From contig OZ242311.1 of the NCBI GenBank assembly GCA_965207885.1, positions 160,001-224,000 of the forward strand: a DNA stretch of 64,000 nucleotides. Reading direction: 5' to 3'. Numbering within the stretch: position 1 is the first letter of the stretch; each line of letters opens with the position of its first letter. Origin of the DNA: Candidatus Latescibacterota bacterium (GTDB lineage: Bacteria; Latescibacterota; UBA2968). The position numbers were made by a program, and so were the translations under genes. Below, piece after piece: positions 10,201 through 22,859 of the stretch. The notes under the pieces are model-generated. The model was not told the DNA's origin. It ran no database searches and saw only the letters and a program-made list of their open reading frames with translations.

Positions 10201-10900
10201 CCATCCGCAAGTTGTCACCGATGGCTCCCACCACCACGGTACCCGTATTTATTCCTATCCGGAGGGTAATCTGGGCATCGCTTTGTCGCGTCCTCGCGTT
10301 GTTCCATGCCTCAATCTGATGGCGAAGCTCCAACGCGGTGAGCACTGCGCGTTGGGCATGATTCTCATGGGCGATAGGGGCACCAAACAACGCCATGAAA
10401 CCATCGCCCAGGAATTGATTGACATTGCCTTCGTAGCGATGGACGGCATCAAGGGCGAGCTTGAAGAACTGGTTCAGGAGGTCGTGCATGGCCTCTGCGC
10501 CGAGTTGCTCGGCAATACTCGTCGAGTTCGCCATATCGCAGAACAGTACCGTGACCTGCTTGCGTTCTCCTTGCAAGGCGGCACGGGACGTGAGTATTTT
10601 CTCGATCAGATGGGGCGGGGTGTACATGTTCGGATCGCGCCCCCAGGCCTCCGACGGAACCGGTATCGGAGACGCCGCAGGTGGTGTGGCATCATCCTGG
10701 TCCGAAGCGGAGCATCCGACCCATACGAGTCCCCGACCATCCTCGTCCTTGGCCTGAGGATGGTCAAAGAGAATAGCCTCTTTGAGGTCCTCGAGCACCT
10801 CGTCATCGAGATCGAACTGGCGTTTAAGAGCGCGATACGAAACCCGGCCACGGCCGCGAAGCAGTTCCAGTATTTGGTCAACCATCTCGTAAAAGTCCAT
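7295..10900 (-). CDS. Class III adenylate/guanylate cyclase fused to AAA/STAND ATPase and TPR repeats
   Basis: VTVLFCD, QFLGDG, GDTTNVAARLE cyclase motifs; Walker A GDPGIGKS, Walker B VLEDIHW; TPR-like helical C-terminus; start set at MDFYEM (ATG 10900). Confidence 0.9.
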   Translation of the reverse strand: MDFYEMVDQILELLRGRGRVSYRALKRQFDLDDEVLEDLKEAILFDHPQAKDEDGRGLVWVGCSASDQDDATPPAASPIPVPSEAWGRDPNMYTPPHLIEKILTSRAALQGERKQVTVLFCDMANSTSIAEQLGAEAMHDLLNQFFKLALDAVHRYEGNVNQFLGDGFMALFGAPIAHENHAQRAVLTALELRHQIEAWNNARTRQSDAQITLRIGINTGTVVVGAIGDNLRMDYTAVGDTTNVAARLEGQAAPDQIVISESTYRLVEGYCQTRSLGTFDLKGKADPTLAWEVLAAFESVNRLDVEIKRGLTHFMGRERELQTLQNCFAQAQAGHGQMVFLVGDPGIGKSRLLLEFRQRIAATDATWLEGRALSFGSSSVFHPLIDMLKRSAGIEEAEADTTVVTKIEQTLLSHSEALRSDLPYLRYLLALDPGDENVRRMDPQLRRNELFRALQRVLFHASELSPRVIVLEDIHWMDQATQDFLKIIADSISTSHVLFLLTYRPGYASPFGERTYHTHLTLQPLSTKHSTQIARTILGVDFLPDELASLIDRKTEGNPFFIEQVVRSLQEVGAIRRVEHRCVLTRPIEDISIPETVQDVLSARFDRLEEAHRTTLQFAAVVGREFTRGLLVRLEVAQPDLLDTYLRDLTDIEMIREMDSEPDISYIFKHALTREVAYQSLLVRSQQYLHRLIGETIEKFEVHLVEHAEVLAHHFERGEMWKKALTYLVQAGQKAQQASALKEALDFHARALDVCEQLGSAVDPEMMSIYAHKGEAHFLRSEFLLSVEAYRQVLEIARRNGDRAQEAFALYKMGLGYHWAHEFEEALQCSESAKVLAQQIGAGSTIAASTFVIGWIRAVLGDLDEARRHCNDALQISREARDEEQEGFCLWVLGQIRNWKGEYAQALQLLDQALHIGRTQNLPFLISGVLWMRGIILCGRGDYEKALASLEEALDLSERLGDYAHRGRILNTLGWVCGELYDLEAALHYNQTCLDASEEIGDPEVTRNAQLNQGDTLLLLGRLEEAEKHLEEVHESLQRHGTWGEDWMKWRYAQHLWHSLGELWLAKGDSAKALIYTELCCKEAEPTASRKNLAKGWRLQGQALLAQGRDEEAEQALRRALAISRDLGNPPQIWRTHQALGMLYEDRGETDRARAVYREALDIIHEVATQLQDSERRHTFLDAQPVRQIREGAVRTGHAET

Positions 10901-11115
10901 ATTCTCATCCCTTCGGATACCGCACATCCGGCCTGCTTCCGGATCAGTGGTGCCGGCTTTGAGCCGCAATTTTGGCTTGCCAATCCATCGCGTTCTTACT
11001 TCTATATAGAGCATAACCCAGCAATCAAGATAGACGAAATCTCATGAGCGTCAAGCGCGTTTTGCACGAACCACCCTATGAACCAAACCCATCTCCCAAC
11101 CAACAAAGGAAACGC

Positions 11116-12513
11116 ATGAAACACTTTATCCTAATCTGTATCTCAATCGCATTACATCATCCGGCATTTGCACAGGACGGAAAAGCCCTGTACGCGATAC
11201 ATTGTGCACAGTGTCACGGACCCGACCTGAGAGGGGGCAATGCACCGAGCATGGTCGATGGCGTCTGGAAATACGGAGACGGACGCGGCTATCGCATCCG
11301 CAACATCAAAAACGGACTCACCGAATTGGGCATGCCCGGCTATGAAAAACAGCTCACAAACAGACAAATCGCGATGATCGTAGATTTTATCGAACAACAA
11401 GAAAAAGAAGTGGGCCAACCCAAACCTCCGCCACCCGACTTTGTACAAACACTCGACTACGACATAAATGTCGATATCTGGGTACAGGACCTGAAAATCC
11501 CCTGGGCAATCGACTTCATCGACCCACAAACAGCACTCATTACCGAACGTCCGGGCATGCTGCGAATGGTAAAAAACGGACAACTCCTCAACCCCGTCGC
11601 GGAAACGCCCCAGGTGGTTCACGAAGGACAGGGCGGATTAATGGACGTGGCAATAGACCCCAATTACCCTGAAAACGGCTGGATCTACCTCGCCTACAGC
11701 CATGAAATCGCCCACATTGAAGGGCAGCGCCGATCCCCTGCAATGACCCGCATCGTACGCGGTCACATCAGGGACAACACCTATGTCAACCAACAAGTAA
11801 TCTACGAAGCCCCGCATGAAACCTATCTCACCACCCGGCATCACTACGGCACCCGCATCGTATTCGACGCAAACGGGTACCTCTACTTTGCAATAGGAGA
11901 CCGGGGCGTGCAAAACCAGGCACAGGACCTGACCCGACCAAACGGCAAAGTCCACCGCATCCACACAGACGGACGCATCCCCAAAGACAATCCCTTTGTG
12001 AGCCAGGAAGGCGCCCTCAAAACCATCTATTCCTATGGCCACCGCAATCCCCAGGGCATGGCAGTCAATCCAGTCACCGGAAAAATATGGGACGGCGAAC
12101 ACGGACCAATGGGCGGCGACGAACTCAACGTCGTCGCCAGAGGAAAAAATTACGGATGGCCTGAAATCACCTACGGCCTCAACTACAACGGCACAATCGT
12201 ATCCGACCGCGTCAGCCAACCCGGAATGGAACAACCAACCCTTTATTGGCGACCCTCAATCGCCATCTGCGGCATCAATTTTTACCAGGGCAACATGTTC
12301 CCCAAATGGCAAAACAAATTGCTCGTCGCATCCTTAAAATACGAAGATGTGCGGGTCCTCTCCATTGACGGAGATCGCGTCCTGCACGAAGAAGTCATAC
12401 TCAAAAACGCGGGACGGGTGCGCGAGGCTATATCCGGACCAGACGGCGCAGTGTACGTCGTCCTCAACCAGCCTGATGCGATCTTGCGCTTGACACTGAG
12501 TGAAGAGAGATAA
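11116..12513 (+). CDS. PQQ-dependent sugar dehydrogenase (GSDH family) with N-terminal cytochrome c
   Basis: Signal peptide, CAQCH heme motif, GQGGLMDV, YGHRNPQG, EHGPMGGDELN, NYGWP. Confidence 0.9.
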   Translation: MKHFILICISIALHHPAFAQDGKALYAIHCAQCHGPDLRGGNAPSMVDGVWKYGDGRGYRIRNIKNGLTELGMPGYEKQLTNRQIAMIVDFIEQQEKEVGQPKPPPPDFVQTLDYDINVDIWVQDLKIPWAIDFIDPQTALITERPGMLRMVKNGQLLNPVAETPQVVHEGQGGLMDVAIDPNYPENGWIYLAYSHEIAHIEGQRRSPAMTRIVRGHIRDNTYVNQQVIYEAPHETYLTTRHHYGTRIVFDANGYLYFAIGDRGVQNQAQDLTRPNGKVHRIHTDGRIPKDNPFVSQEGALKTIYSYGHRNPQGMAVNPVTGKIWDGEHGPMGGDELNVVARGKNYGWPEITYGLNYNGTIVSDRVSQPGMEQPTLYWRPSIAICGINFYQGNMFPKWQNKLLVASLKYEDVRVLSIDGDRVLHEEVILKNAGRVREAISGPDGAVYVVLNQPDAILRLTLSEER

Positions 12514-12523
12514 GGATCATCAA

Positions 12524-12552
12524 CCGCTAAAAAAAATCCCTTTTTTTAGCGG
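12524..12552. terminator. Inverted repeat / terminator
   Basis: CCGCTA(n)-TCCC-T(n)AGCGG directly after the GSDH stop. Confidence 0.55.
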
Positions 12553-12719
12553 CATTCGAGATTGATTTCGGTATATTTAACCAAACAATCTGTTAGAGGT
12601 GGTCTTGACATCTGGCCATCTTCGAATACATTGAAGGGCATTATAATCCGCATTGTAGGCATTCTTCCATCGCCTATGCGCCTTAAAACACACCACCAAA
12701 ATCGGGGGAACTCCACGTT

Positions 12720-13313
12720 ATGTCTGACCTCACATCTACTGAGACGTTCATACCGACACTGGAAGTACCTCAATTCAAAGAACAAAAGACGACCCAAGTT
12801 GCTGCGATACTTGCAACATATTGTGGCAGTAAAATTGATGTACATAAACTGGTCAAGTTAATTTATCTTATTGATAGAGAATCTTTGAAACGCAGGGGAA
12901 GCCCAATAACTTATGATCGTCCATATAACATGCCATTAGGCCCAACACCAGGTAATACATATCGCCTTATTAACAATCCGTGGACAGGAGAATATTGGTC
13001 TCAATTTTTTTCTCCTCCTGAATCCCCCCATGTCATTAAGTTACTCAGAGATGATACAGGTGAAGATAAACTATCTCGATTTGAAGTTGATTTGATACGC
13101 GAGGTATTTGAGAAATTTGGAAAAAAATCATCTAATGAATTACAAAAATATATGCATTCTTTACCAGAATTTGATGATCCTGGCAGATCATCTTCTCCAA
13201 TAGATTGGGACACCTTGCTCAAGGCTGTGGGATGGTATGGTGATAATTTGATAGCGATTAAACAAAAACTCAGTGGGAGGACAATGTTTGAACGCAGGAT
13301 TGCGTATAGCTGA
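12720..13313 (+). CDS. Panacea/DUF4065 (SocA-like) antitoxin domain protein
   Basis: KLVKLIYLIDR..G.PIT.D....PLGP motif and ELQKYMH..PE; AT-rich composition. Confidence 0.8.
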   Translation: MSDLTSTETFIPTLEVPQFKEQKTTQVAAILATYCGSKIDVHKLVKLIYLIDRESLKRRGSPITYDRPYNMPLGPTPGNTYRLINNPWTGEYWSQFFSPPESPHVIKLLRDDTGEDKLSRFEVDLIREVFEKFGKKSSNELQKYMHSLPEFDDPGRSSSPIDWDTLLKAVGWYGDNLIAIKQKLSGRTMFERRIAYS

Positions 13314-13383
13314 AATTATTTTTTTAATATGCCCAAGAATCTGTAAGATGTTTGAGATTCGGGCTATTGTATATATTCTCGCA

Positions 13384-13416
13384 AAAAGGGGATGCAAACA
13401 ATCTTGCATCCCTTTT
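13384..13416. terminator. Bidirectional terminator
   Basis: GGGATGCAA-acaatc-TTGCATCCC stem flanked by A and T runs between convergent genes. Confidence 0.65.
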
Positions 13417-13494
13417 CTTTTTTGAAGTTACTCCGTTTTATGTGAGCCTTAAAGATGCGGCCAAATTCAAACCAGGCTACGCTATAACTCAATT

Positions 13495-13713
13495 TTAACA
13501 CCCCTCTTTACGCTGGTAAAACAAATCGCGCCATCGCTTCGTCTCCCTGGGGTCGAAGGCACGGGCATTACAAGTATCACACACACCCACAATTGCTTCC
13601 GGGACCACAAAGGGATAGGCTTTGACTTTGATTTTGTAATTCTGAAACCGCACAGGCTCAATAGTTCCCTTGCCACATTCAGGACAGGGAACACCAAACA
13701 TTCTATCATCCAT
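13495..13713 (-). CDS. YgiT/MqsA-type zinc-ribbon protein
   Basis: CPECG ... CDTC two CxxC pairs with typical spacing. Confidence 0.7.
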   Translation of the reverse strand: MDDRMFGVPCPECGKGTIEPVRFQNYKIKVKAYPFVVPEAIVGVCDTCNARAFDPRETKRWRDLFYQRKEGC

Positions 13714-13852
13714 TTTATTGTTTTTTTGCAATGAGTGTTTTAATATCATTGAGGGTGATTCTCTCCCCTTATATTTTCTTATCAAACCATAATATACGTA
13801 AAAACATGGTCTTTTTTAAAGTGTAATTTTCTACACTCTGAAACGACATCTC

Positions 13853-15838
13853 ATGGCACTCGCGCAACCCGTAAACAACACCGAAGTCTTGCCCAATCGC
13901 GACCGCGTAACCGCGCGCTGTGTCTTGCTGGGGTTGGGACTCGTCATAAGCGTGAACACCTGGCCCATCTACGGGCTATATGTCATCCACATCAACCAGA
14001 TGGTATTCAGCTACATGGCGATGGCACTCATGATCCCATTTGTACTGCTATCCCTGGGGCTGAACGTACTCCTGCGAAAATTCTGGCCCCGCGCCGCGTT
14101 TTCCCCCCTCGAAATGGCCGTCGTCTTCTCCATGGGGCTGGTAGGCGCATTATTCCCCCTCATGAACTTCACCGGCCTGATCATGGGGCACCTCGCAACC
14201 CCCTATTATTTTGCCTCGGCGCAAAATCGGTGGTCCGAATTTCTCCATCCCCACTTGCCGCACTGGTTATTCCCCACAGATGAAAACGGCGCCATGCGCC
14301 TCTTCTTCGAAGGCCTGCCGCCCGGCCATGCAATACCATGGGAAGTCTGGATCGTCCCCCTATTCTGGTGGTTTGCATTTGCAGGCGCAATCATCTGGAC
14401 CTGCTTGTGCATCGCCGTAATTTTGCGACGACAGTGGTCCGAACACGAAAAACTACCCTTTCCCGCGGCACAGGTCGCGCTGGAACTCGTACGAGAAGAA
14501 AACAAAAAAATATGGCCCCCCCTCGTAGGACGCCCGGCATTCTGGATCGGCATGGCAATTCCACTCACCGTAATATGCTGGAATATCCTGTCGTATTTCA
14601 TGCCCGACTTCCCCAAAATACCAATCACCCGAGCGGGCGACGGCGTCACATTCTTGCACATCAGCCGATATATTCCAGATCGGTACTTCTATATCGGCAT
14701 ACAATTCTTCATCGCGGGATTTGCCTACTGGACCAGCCTGGAAGTACTATTCTCAATCTGGTTCTTTTACTTACTCGTCGTAGCCGAAGTCTATACCTTT
14801 AACCGGATCGGATACACCATTGGAACACCCGGCTTGTGGTCCTCAACACACGCCGCCAATGCGTGGCAGGCATTTGGCGCACTCGCCTGTATGCTGTGCC
14901 TGGGATTGTGGATGGGACGCGAACACCTCAAAGGCGTCTGGCATGCCATCAGAGGACGAAAAAAATCGGACGACGCCGAAGAACTCATGTCCTACCGCAC
15001 AGCCGGCATAGGTGGCCTGGCCGGATTGTTATTCATCATCGGATGGCTACACACCGCGGGCATGGCCTGGTACGTAATCATACCCTTCTTAATCGGCATG
15101 GGAATCTTATATGTCGGCATAGCCCGGGTCATTGCCGAAAGCGGACTGGTGTATTTGCGCGGCTCCATGATGCCCCCAACCTTCGCCCTCTACACCCTCG
15201 GCTCGGCGAATATCCCGGCGGCGAGCATGGCAAATTTTGCGTTCTCCTTCGCGTATTTTACAGACGCCAAAAGCCTCGCCATGGCCAGCATGGCGCATTG
15301 CTCGTGGATCACAGCAGCCATAAAAGGACGCAAACGCATGGTCGCGATTGCCCTCGTATTAGCCGGCATAGCAGCCGCCATCTCATCAGTCGCATTCACA
15401 CTGTATCTGGGCTATGAAACAGGCGCGTATAACTTCAGAGCATTTGAATTTCGCACGCACCCGCGGATCTTTGACTACTGGATCCGACAGATGCAAACCT
15501 TTAACCCACCCGACTGGAAGCGAATAGGCTTTTTCGGCTTTGGCGCAGCCGGAATGGCGCTATTGACATTCTTGCGGTATCGCGTATCCTGGTGGCCCTT
15601 GCACCCGGTTGGATTCGCCATCATGGAAACCCAGGCCGTGCGGGGAACGATCTTCACCATCTTTCTCGTATGGCTGTGCAAACTGCTCATCCTGCAAATT
15701 GGCGGCATCGCATTATACCGCAAAGGCCAGCCCTTATTTCTCGGTATCCTCGTCGGGTTCATCCTCGGCGTGGCAATCTCGGCAACAGTAGATACAATCT
15801 GGTTCCCGGGCAGCGGACACTCGGTTCACCATTGGTAA
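13853..15838 (+). CDS. Large polytopic membrane protein, DUF6785/DUF6784 (OPT-like) family
   Basis: Many TM segments; LRRQWSEHEKLPFP and WWPLHPVGF motifs. Confidence 0.75.
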   Translation: MALAQPVNNTEVLPNRDRVTARCVLLGLGLVISVNTWPIYGLYVIHINQMVFSYMAMALMIPFVLLSLGLNVLLRKFWPRAAFSPLEMAVVFSMGLVGALFPLMNFTGLIMGHLATPYYFASAQNRWSEFLHPHLPHWLFPTDENGAMRLFFEGLPPGHAIPWEVWIVPLFWWFAFAGAIIWTCLCIAVILRRQWSEHEKLPFPAAQVALELVREENKKIWPPLVGRPAFWIGMAIPLTVICWNILSYFMPDFPKIPITRAGDGVTFLHISRYIPDRYFYIGIQFFIAGFAYWTSLEVLFSIWFFYLLVVAEVYTFNRIGYTIGTPGLWSSTHAANAWQAFGALACMLCLGLWMGREHLKGVWHAIRGRKKSDDAEELMSYRTAGIGGLAGLLFIIGWLHTAGMAWYVIIPFLIGMGILYVGIARVIAESGLVYLRGSMMPPTFALYTLGSANIPAASMANFAFSFAYFTDAKSLAMASMAHCSWITAAIKGRKRMVAIALVLAGIAAAISSVAFTLYLGYETGAYNFRAFEFRTHPRIFDYWIRQMQTFNPPDWKRIGFFGFGAAGMALLTFLRYRVSWWPLHPVGFAIMETQAVRGTIFTIFLVWLCKLLILQIGGIALYRKGQPLFLGILVGFILGVAISATVDTIWFPGSGHSVHHW

Positions 15839-15844
15839 AATGAA

Positions 15845-16099
15845 ATGAAAGACCCCAATACTCACAAACCCTCATCCCTCGCCCAGGCCTATCGCAGTGT
15901 AGGCCCCTATTTAACCCTGGGCATACAACTCATCGTCACAATATTGGCATGTGTATTTGCGGGACATTGGGCAGATGGCAAATTTGACACCGCGCCCCTG
16001 TGGACCTTAATCGGTGGTCTGATAGGCATTGCCGCGGGCTTTTACCACTTCTTCAAAGCCGTCTTAAAAATAGACCGCAAATCGGAGGAAGATACGTGA
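15845..16099 (+). CDS. AtpZ/AtpI family ATP synthase accessory protein
   Basis: Two TM helices with GHWADGKFDTAP pattern; first small gene of the atp operon. Confidence 0.85.
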   Translation: MKDPNTHKPSSLAQAYRSVGPYLTLGIQLIVTILACVFAGHWADGKFDTAPLWTLIGGLIGIAAGFYHFFKAVLKIDRKSEEDT

Positions 16100-16485
16100 G
16101 GTCTTTTGTCAAACAAATTGCCGTCGTCTTGTCGGCATTCTGGATCCTCGGAGGATACCCGCTCTACCTGTGGCAGGGAACAGATGTACTCATTGCCACA
16201 GGGGTTGGTTGTGCGATTTGCACCCTGAATGCACTCGCCGGGGCCTATCTCGCAATATGGGGCATGCGCCGGGATAACCGCACATTTATGACCGTCGTAT
16301 TCGGCGGAATGGGGATTCGCCTAATTATTGTACTCATTTTCTTTTTTGTCGCACTAAAATTAGTTAAACTTCACGTTTTTAGCTTGACTCTTTCACTATT
16401 TTTATTTTACGTAGTATTTCAGATTTTAGAGATTCGGTTCTTCGTCGGGCGCCCGCCCGACAAAGCCAATAATTCAGGAGTCTGA
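16096..16485 (+). CDS. ATP synthase protein I-like 4-TM membrane protein
   Basis: GTG start overlapping previous stop (GTGA); four hydrophobic segments; position before atpB. Confidence 0.7.
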   Translation: MRSFVKQIAVVLSAFWILGGYPLYLWQGTDVLIATGVGCAICTLNALAGAYLAIWGMRRDNRTFMTVVFGGMGIRLIIVLIFFFVALKLVKLHVFSLTLSLFLFYVVFQILEIRFFVGRPPDKANNSGV

Positions 16486-16488
16486 CGG

Positions 16489-17286
16489 ATGGCAGCACAG
16501 GCAGAGGAGCAAAGCAGCGGCAGTTTCATCCTCGAGCATATCACAGACCATCACGAGCTACACCTCGGTCCACTCCATATCCCTTTACCCCATATTGAGC
16601 TTTTTGGCGTTGATATGTCCATCACCGGCCATCTGGTCATGATGTGGGTCGCCTCGCTATTACTCATTCTCACCCTCATTATTTCCACAAAACGACGCGG
16701 ACTCATACCCTCGGGCTTTGCCAATGCGATTGAAGCCATCGCCATATTTATCCGCGACGACGTCGCCGTGCCCAACCTGGGAGAGCGGGACGGGCCGAAA
16801 TACATGCCGTTTTTAATGACGGTCTTTTTCTTTATCCTCTTCTGCAATCTATTGGGATTAATACCCTTTGGACAAACCGCAACCGGCAATATCAATGTAA
16901 CAGCCACGCTGGCGGGCATCTCGTTTGCAATGATGCTCGGAGCCGGGATCAAACACAACGGCCTATTCGGCTTTTTCAAAGGCTTGATCCCCCCCAATTT
17001 GCCAATTGCACTGTTGCCGCTCATGATCCCGCTGGAATTTCTGGGCCTCTTGACCAAACCATTTGCACTGTGCATTCGTCTCTTTGCCAATATGCTGGCC
17101 GGTCACGTCGTAATATTGTCTCTGATCGGCATCATTTTTATTCTCGGTTATTTTGTCGCCCCCATTGCCATTGCTTTTGCATTGGCAATGTACATGTTGG
17201 AAATTTTCATAGGTTTTCTTCAAGCTTATGTATTCACGCTCCTGACCGCCCTGTTCGTGGGCCTGTGTATTCATCAGGAGCACTGA
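16489..17286 (+). CDS. atpB: F0 ATP synthase subunit a
   Basis: NLLGLIP, ATGNINVT, IRLFANMLAGH, LQAYVF. Confidence 0.97.
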   Translation: MAAQAEEQSSGSFILEHITDHHELHLGPLHIPLPHIELFGVDMSITGHLVMMWVASLLLILTLIISTKRRGLIPSGFANAIEAIAIFIRDDVAVPNLGERDGPKYMPFLMTVFFFILFCNLLGLIPFGQTATGNINVTATLAGISFAMMLGAGIKHNGLFGFFKGLIPPNLPIALLPLMIPLEFLGLLTKPFALCIRLFANMLAGHVVILSLIGIIFILGYFVAPIAIAFALAMYMLEIFIGFLQAYVFTLLTALFVGLCIHQEH

Positions 17287-17550
<264 letters not shown>

Positions 17551-17588
17551 ACCGCGCGAACCAAACGCGGTGAAAGAGAGACATAACA

Positions 17589-18083
17589 ATGGATTTGTTG
17601 AGTCCAAACCCCGGCTTGATCATCTGGACGCTCATCACATTTGTGCTCGTATTGCTCGTCTTGAAAAAATTTGTTTGGGGACCGTTATTATCGGCACTCG
17701 ACCAGCGAGAAACGCGCATCCGCGAAGCACTCGAGCAAGCCGATAAAGCGCGTGCCGAAGCTGAAAGGTCCGCCGAAGAGAACAAACAGGCACTCGTACA
17801 GGCGCAGGCAGAAGCTCAAGCTGCAATTAACAAAGCGCGCGAAGACGCCGAACAGGTCGCTCGAGACGTGCAGGAACGCGCCGAAGCCGACGCCCAACAG
17901 CTTCTCGAACAAGCGCGGCGCACCATACAACAAGAGCGCAATCAGGCCCTCCAGACATTGCGTCAGCAAACAGCCGAACTGGCGATTCTCGCTGCGGGAC
18001 AATTGCTGGAGGAAAATTTGGACGACGAGCACAACAAAAAAATCGTAGATGATTTCATCAACCGCATGCCAGAACATTCCTGA
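17589..18083 (+). CDS. atpF: F0 ATP synthase subunit b
   Basis: N-terminal TM ([11 protein letters not shown]), coiled-coil body. Confidence 0.95.
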   Translation: MDLLSPNPGLIIWTLITFVLVLLVLKKFVWGPLLSALDQRETRIREALEQADKARAEAERSAEENKQALVQAQAEAQAAINKAREDAEQVARDVQERAEADAQQLLEQARRTIQQERNQALQTLRQQTAELAILAAGQLLEENLDDEHNKKIVDDFINRMPEHS

Positions 18084-18097
18084 GTTCGGAGTTTTTT

Positions 18098-18637
18098 GTG
18101 AGCCAATCCGCCGTTTCCATCCGATACACCAGCGCATTGATCGATGCCGCCCAAGACAGCGGGGTCTTGGATCGGGTTGAAGCCGATGTGCAGGCATTAT
18201 TGGACCTATTGCACGCCTCGGAAGACCTGCGGGGATTTGTCGCAGATCCGATGATGCGATCTGAACAAAAGCGCGCGGTATTGAACAATCTGCTCGCCGG
18301 AAAAGTAGAGGACATAACCCTCAGATTTTTGCTGCTGCTCTGCGACAATCGCCGCGAGCGCATATTGCCTGAATTGTTATCGGATTTCCTATCCGTATTG
18401 GAAGACCGGCGCGGTCAGGCCACAGCGCAGGTAACGGTTGCTGCGCCCCTGTCCTCTGAGCAGGAAACGCAATTAATTGCAAAACTCTCGACCTATTCTG
18501 GCAAGCAAGTGCGATTGGAAACCACAATAGACGAACAATTAAAGGCCGGGTTTGTGGTGCGGCTCGGCGACCGTGTATTTGATGGCACACTGGCGACGCA
18601 ACTCAATCGGTTGCGACAACGCCTCGTGTCTGATTAA
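18098..18637 (+). CDS. atpH: F1 ATP synthase subunit delta
   Basis: RYTSAL N-terminus, [15 protein letters not shown]-terminus, operon position. Confidence 0.95.
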   Translation: MSQSAVSIRYTSALIDAAQDSGVLDRVEADVQALLDLLHASEDLRGFVADPMMRSEQKRAVLNNLLAGKVEDITLRFLLLLCDNRRERILPELLSDFLSVLEDRRGQATAQVTVAAPLSSEQETQLIAKLSTYSGKQVRLETTIDEQLKAGFVVRLGDRVFDGTLATQLNRLRQRLVSD

Positions 18638-18654
18638 AAGAAGGCAGGCAAAAC

Positions 18655-20172
18655 ATGGCGACGAATTTGCAGATTCGCCCCGACGAAATTTCGGCACTGC
18701 TCAAACAGCAGATCCTGGATTCCAGGACTGAAATAGACGTCTATGAAAGCGGCACCGTACAGCAGGTGGGCGATGGCGTGGCCCGCGTGCAGGGGCTGGG
18801 CAATGTGCAGACCAGTGAACTGGTCGAATTTCCCAACGGCATTATGGGGATGGCACTCAACCTCGAAGAAGACAACGTGGGCTGTGTATTATTTGGCGAT
18901 GACACATTGATCCGCGAAGGCGACGAAGCCAAACGCACCGGACGCATTGCCGAAGTGCCCGTGGGCGAAGCCCTCCTGGGCCGCGTGGTAAACCCACTCG
19001 GCATGCCAATAGACGGCAAAGGCCCAATCAACCCCGAAGCGACACTACCCATTGAACGCAAGGCACCCGGCGTCATCGAGCGACAGCCCGTAACCGAAGC
19101 CCTGATGACCGGATTAAAAGTAATCGACTCAACCGTGCCAATCGGGCGGGGGCAGCGCGAACTGATCATCGGCGACCGGCAAACGGGCAAAACGGCGATT
19201 GGCGTCGATACCATCATCAACCAGAAAGACAGCGACGTGAAGTGCATCTATGTCGCCATTGGGCAAAAAGCTTCGACAGTCGCCAAAGTCGTGGCCGAAC
19301 TGGAAGCCAATGGCGCAATGGAATACACCATTGTCGTATCGGCCACAGCCAGTGAACCCGCCCCACTTCAATTCCTATCACCCTATTCGGGTTGCTCAAT
19401 GGGCGAGTATTTTCGCGACAAGGGCGAACACGCGCTGATTATTTACGACGATTTGTCCAAACAGGCGTGGGCTTACCGCGAAATGTCCCTGGTATTGCGC
19501 CGCCCGCCGGGCCGCGAAGCCTATCCCGGCGACGTATTTTATTTGCATTCGCGCCTGCTCGAGCGCGCCGCCAAAATGAGCGACGAACAGGGCGCAGGTT
19601 CGCTCACCGCATTGCCCGTCATTGAAATTCTGGAAGGCGATGTCTCTACCTTTGTGCCCACAAATGTGATATCGATTACCGACGGACAAATCCTGCTCAA
19701 ACCCGAGTTGTTCTACGCGGGTATCCGCCCCGCCATGGACGTGGGCGCATCCGTATCGCGCGTGGGCAGTTCGGCACAGACGAGCGCGATGAAAGCCGTT
19801 GCCAGAACCATCAAAGCCGACATCTCGCGCTACAACGAAGTCAAAGCCTTTGCGATGTTCGGCACAGAAGGCCTGGATGCCTCAACTCAAAATTTGCTGA
19901 ACCACGGCGAAAAATTAATCGAAATCCTCAAACAAGATCAGTATTCCCCGATGTCGCTGGAAGAACTCACCGTGGCACTTTTTGCCGCCAATCTGGCCGA
20001 TGATCTGCCCACTGAAGACGTGCGGCGCTTTGAGCGAGAATTGCTGGCGCACATAGGCCACAGTGAGTTGATGGAAGAAATCCGCGAAAGCGAAGACTTG
20101 AGCGACGAAAATGCCGAAAAGCTCACAGAAATAATTGAGAACTTCAAACGCGGCTTCCGCGTATCGGTATAA
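18655..20172 (+). CDS. atpA: F1 ATP synthase subunit alpha
   Basis: [32 protein letters not shown]. Confidence 0.98.
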   Translation: MATNLQIRPDEISALLKQQILDSRTEIDVYESGTVQQVGDGVARVQGLGNVQTSELVEFPNGIMGMALNLEEDNVGCVLFGDDTLIREGDEAKRTGRIAEVPVGEALLGRVVNPLGMPIDGKGPINPEATLPIERKAPGVIERQPVTEALMTGLKVIDSTVPIGRGQRELIIGDRQTGKTAIGVDTIINQKDSDVKCIYVAIGQKASTVAKVVAELEANGAMEYTIVVSATASEPAPLQFLSPYSGCSMGEYFRDKGEHALIIYDDLSKQAWAYREMSLVLRRPPGREAYPGDVFYLHSRLLERAAKMSDEQGAGSLTALPVIEILEGDVSTFVPTNVISITDGQILLKPELFYAGIRPAMDVGASVSRVGSSAQTSAMKAVARTIKADISRYNEVKAFAMFGTEGLDASTQNLLNHGEKLIEILKQDQYSPMSLEELTVALFAANLADDLPTEDVRRFERELLAHIGHSELMEEIRESEDLSDENAEKLTEIIENFKRGFRVSV

Positions 20173-20190
20173 GAGAACAAAGGACCGGAT

Positions 20191-22427
<2,237 letters not shown>

Positions 22428-22432
22428 CAAAA

Positions 22433-22837
22433 ATGGCCACTTTTCAATTAGACATCGTAACACCCGAAAAAACCGTGTACTCCGGTGAAATTGAGCATTT
22501 TCAAGCACCGGGCGTTGACGGCAGCTTTGGCGTACTGGCGCGCCACCAACCCCTGCTGGCTGCACTCGGCATCGGTCGGGTCGGCTTCCGAGAAGCAGAC
22601 GGCACCGAGCGCACCCTTGCCATCAGCGGCGGCTTCGCCAATGTATCCAGTGATGGTGCAACAATCCTCGCAGAAGCCGCCGAATTTGGCGACGAGATCG
22701 ACATAGAACGCGCCCGCGCCGCGCGAGATCGCGCACAAGAGCGATTGGACAATCGCACGCCAGATGTAGATGTAGAACGCGCACAAAATGCACTGGCACG
22801 GTCGTTTATGCGGCTGCGTGTATCTGGAACCGAGTAA
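22433..22837 (+). CDS. atpC: F1 ATP synthase subunit epsilon
   Basis: LDIVTPE, GSFGVLARH, ISGGF, IDIERA. Confidence 0.96.
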   Translation: MATFQLDIVTPEKTVYSGEIEHFQAPGVDGSFGVLARHQPLLAALGIGRVGFREADGTERTLAISGGFANVSSDGATILAEAAEFGDEIDIERARAARDRAQERLDNRTPDVDVERAQNALARSFMRLRVSGTE

Positions 22838-22859
22838 TATTTCTATAAATAGGAATAAG

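Noticed and set aside
4016-11044. AAATCTCA 8-bp direct repeat flanking the cNMP module as a target-site duplication
   Set aside because: Short AT-rich match that could arise by chance; no transposase or inverted repeats.
7307-11047. Long + strand ORFs (7307-8395, 9065-9610, 10283-11047)
   Set aside because: Antisense shadows of the GC-rich cyclase gene with no recognisable motifs.
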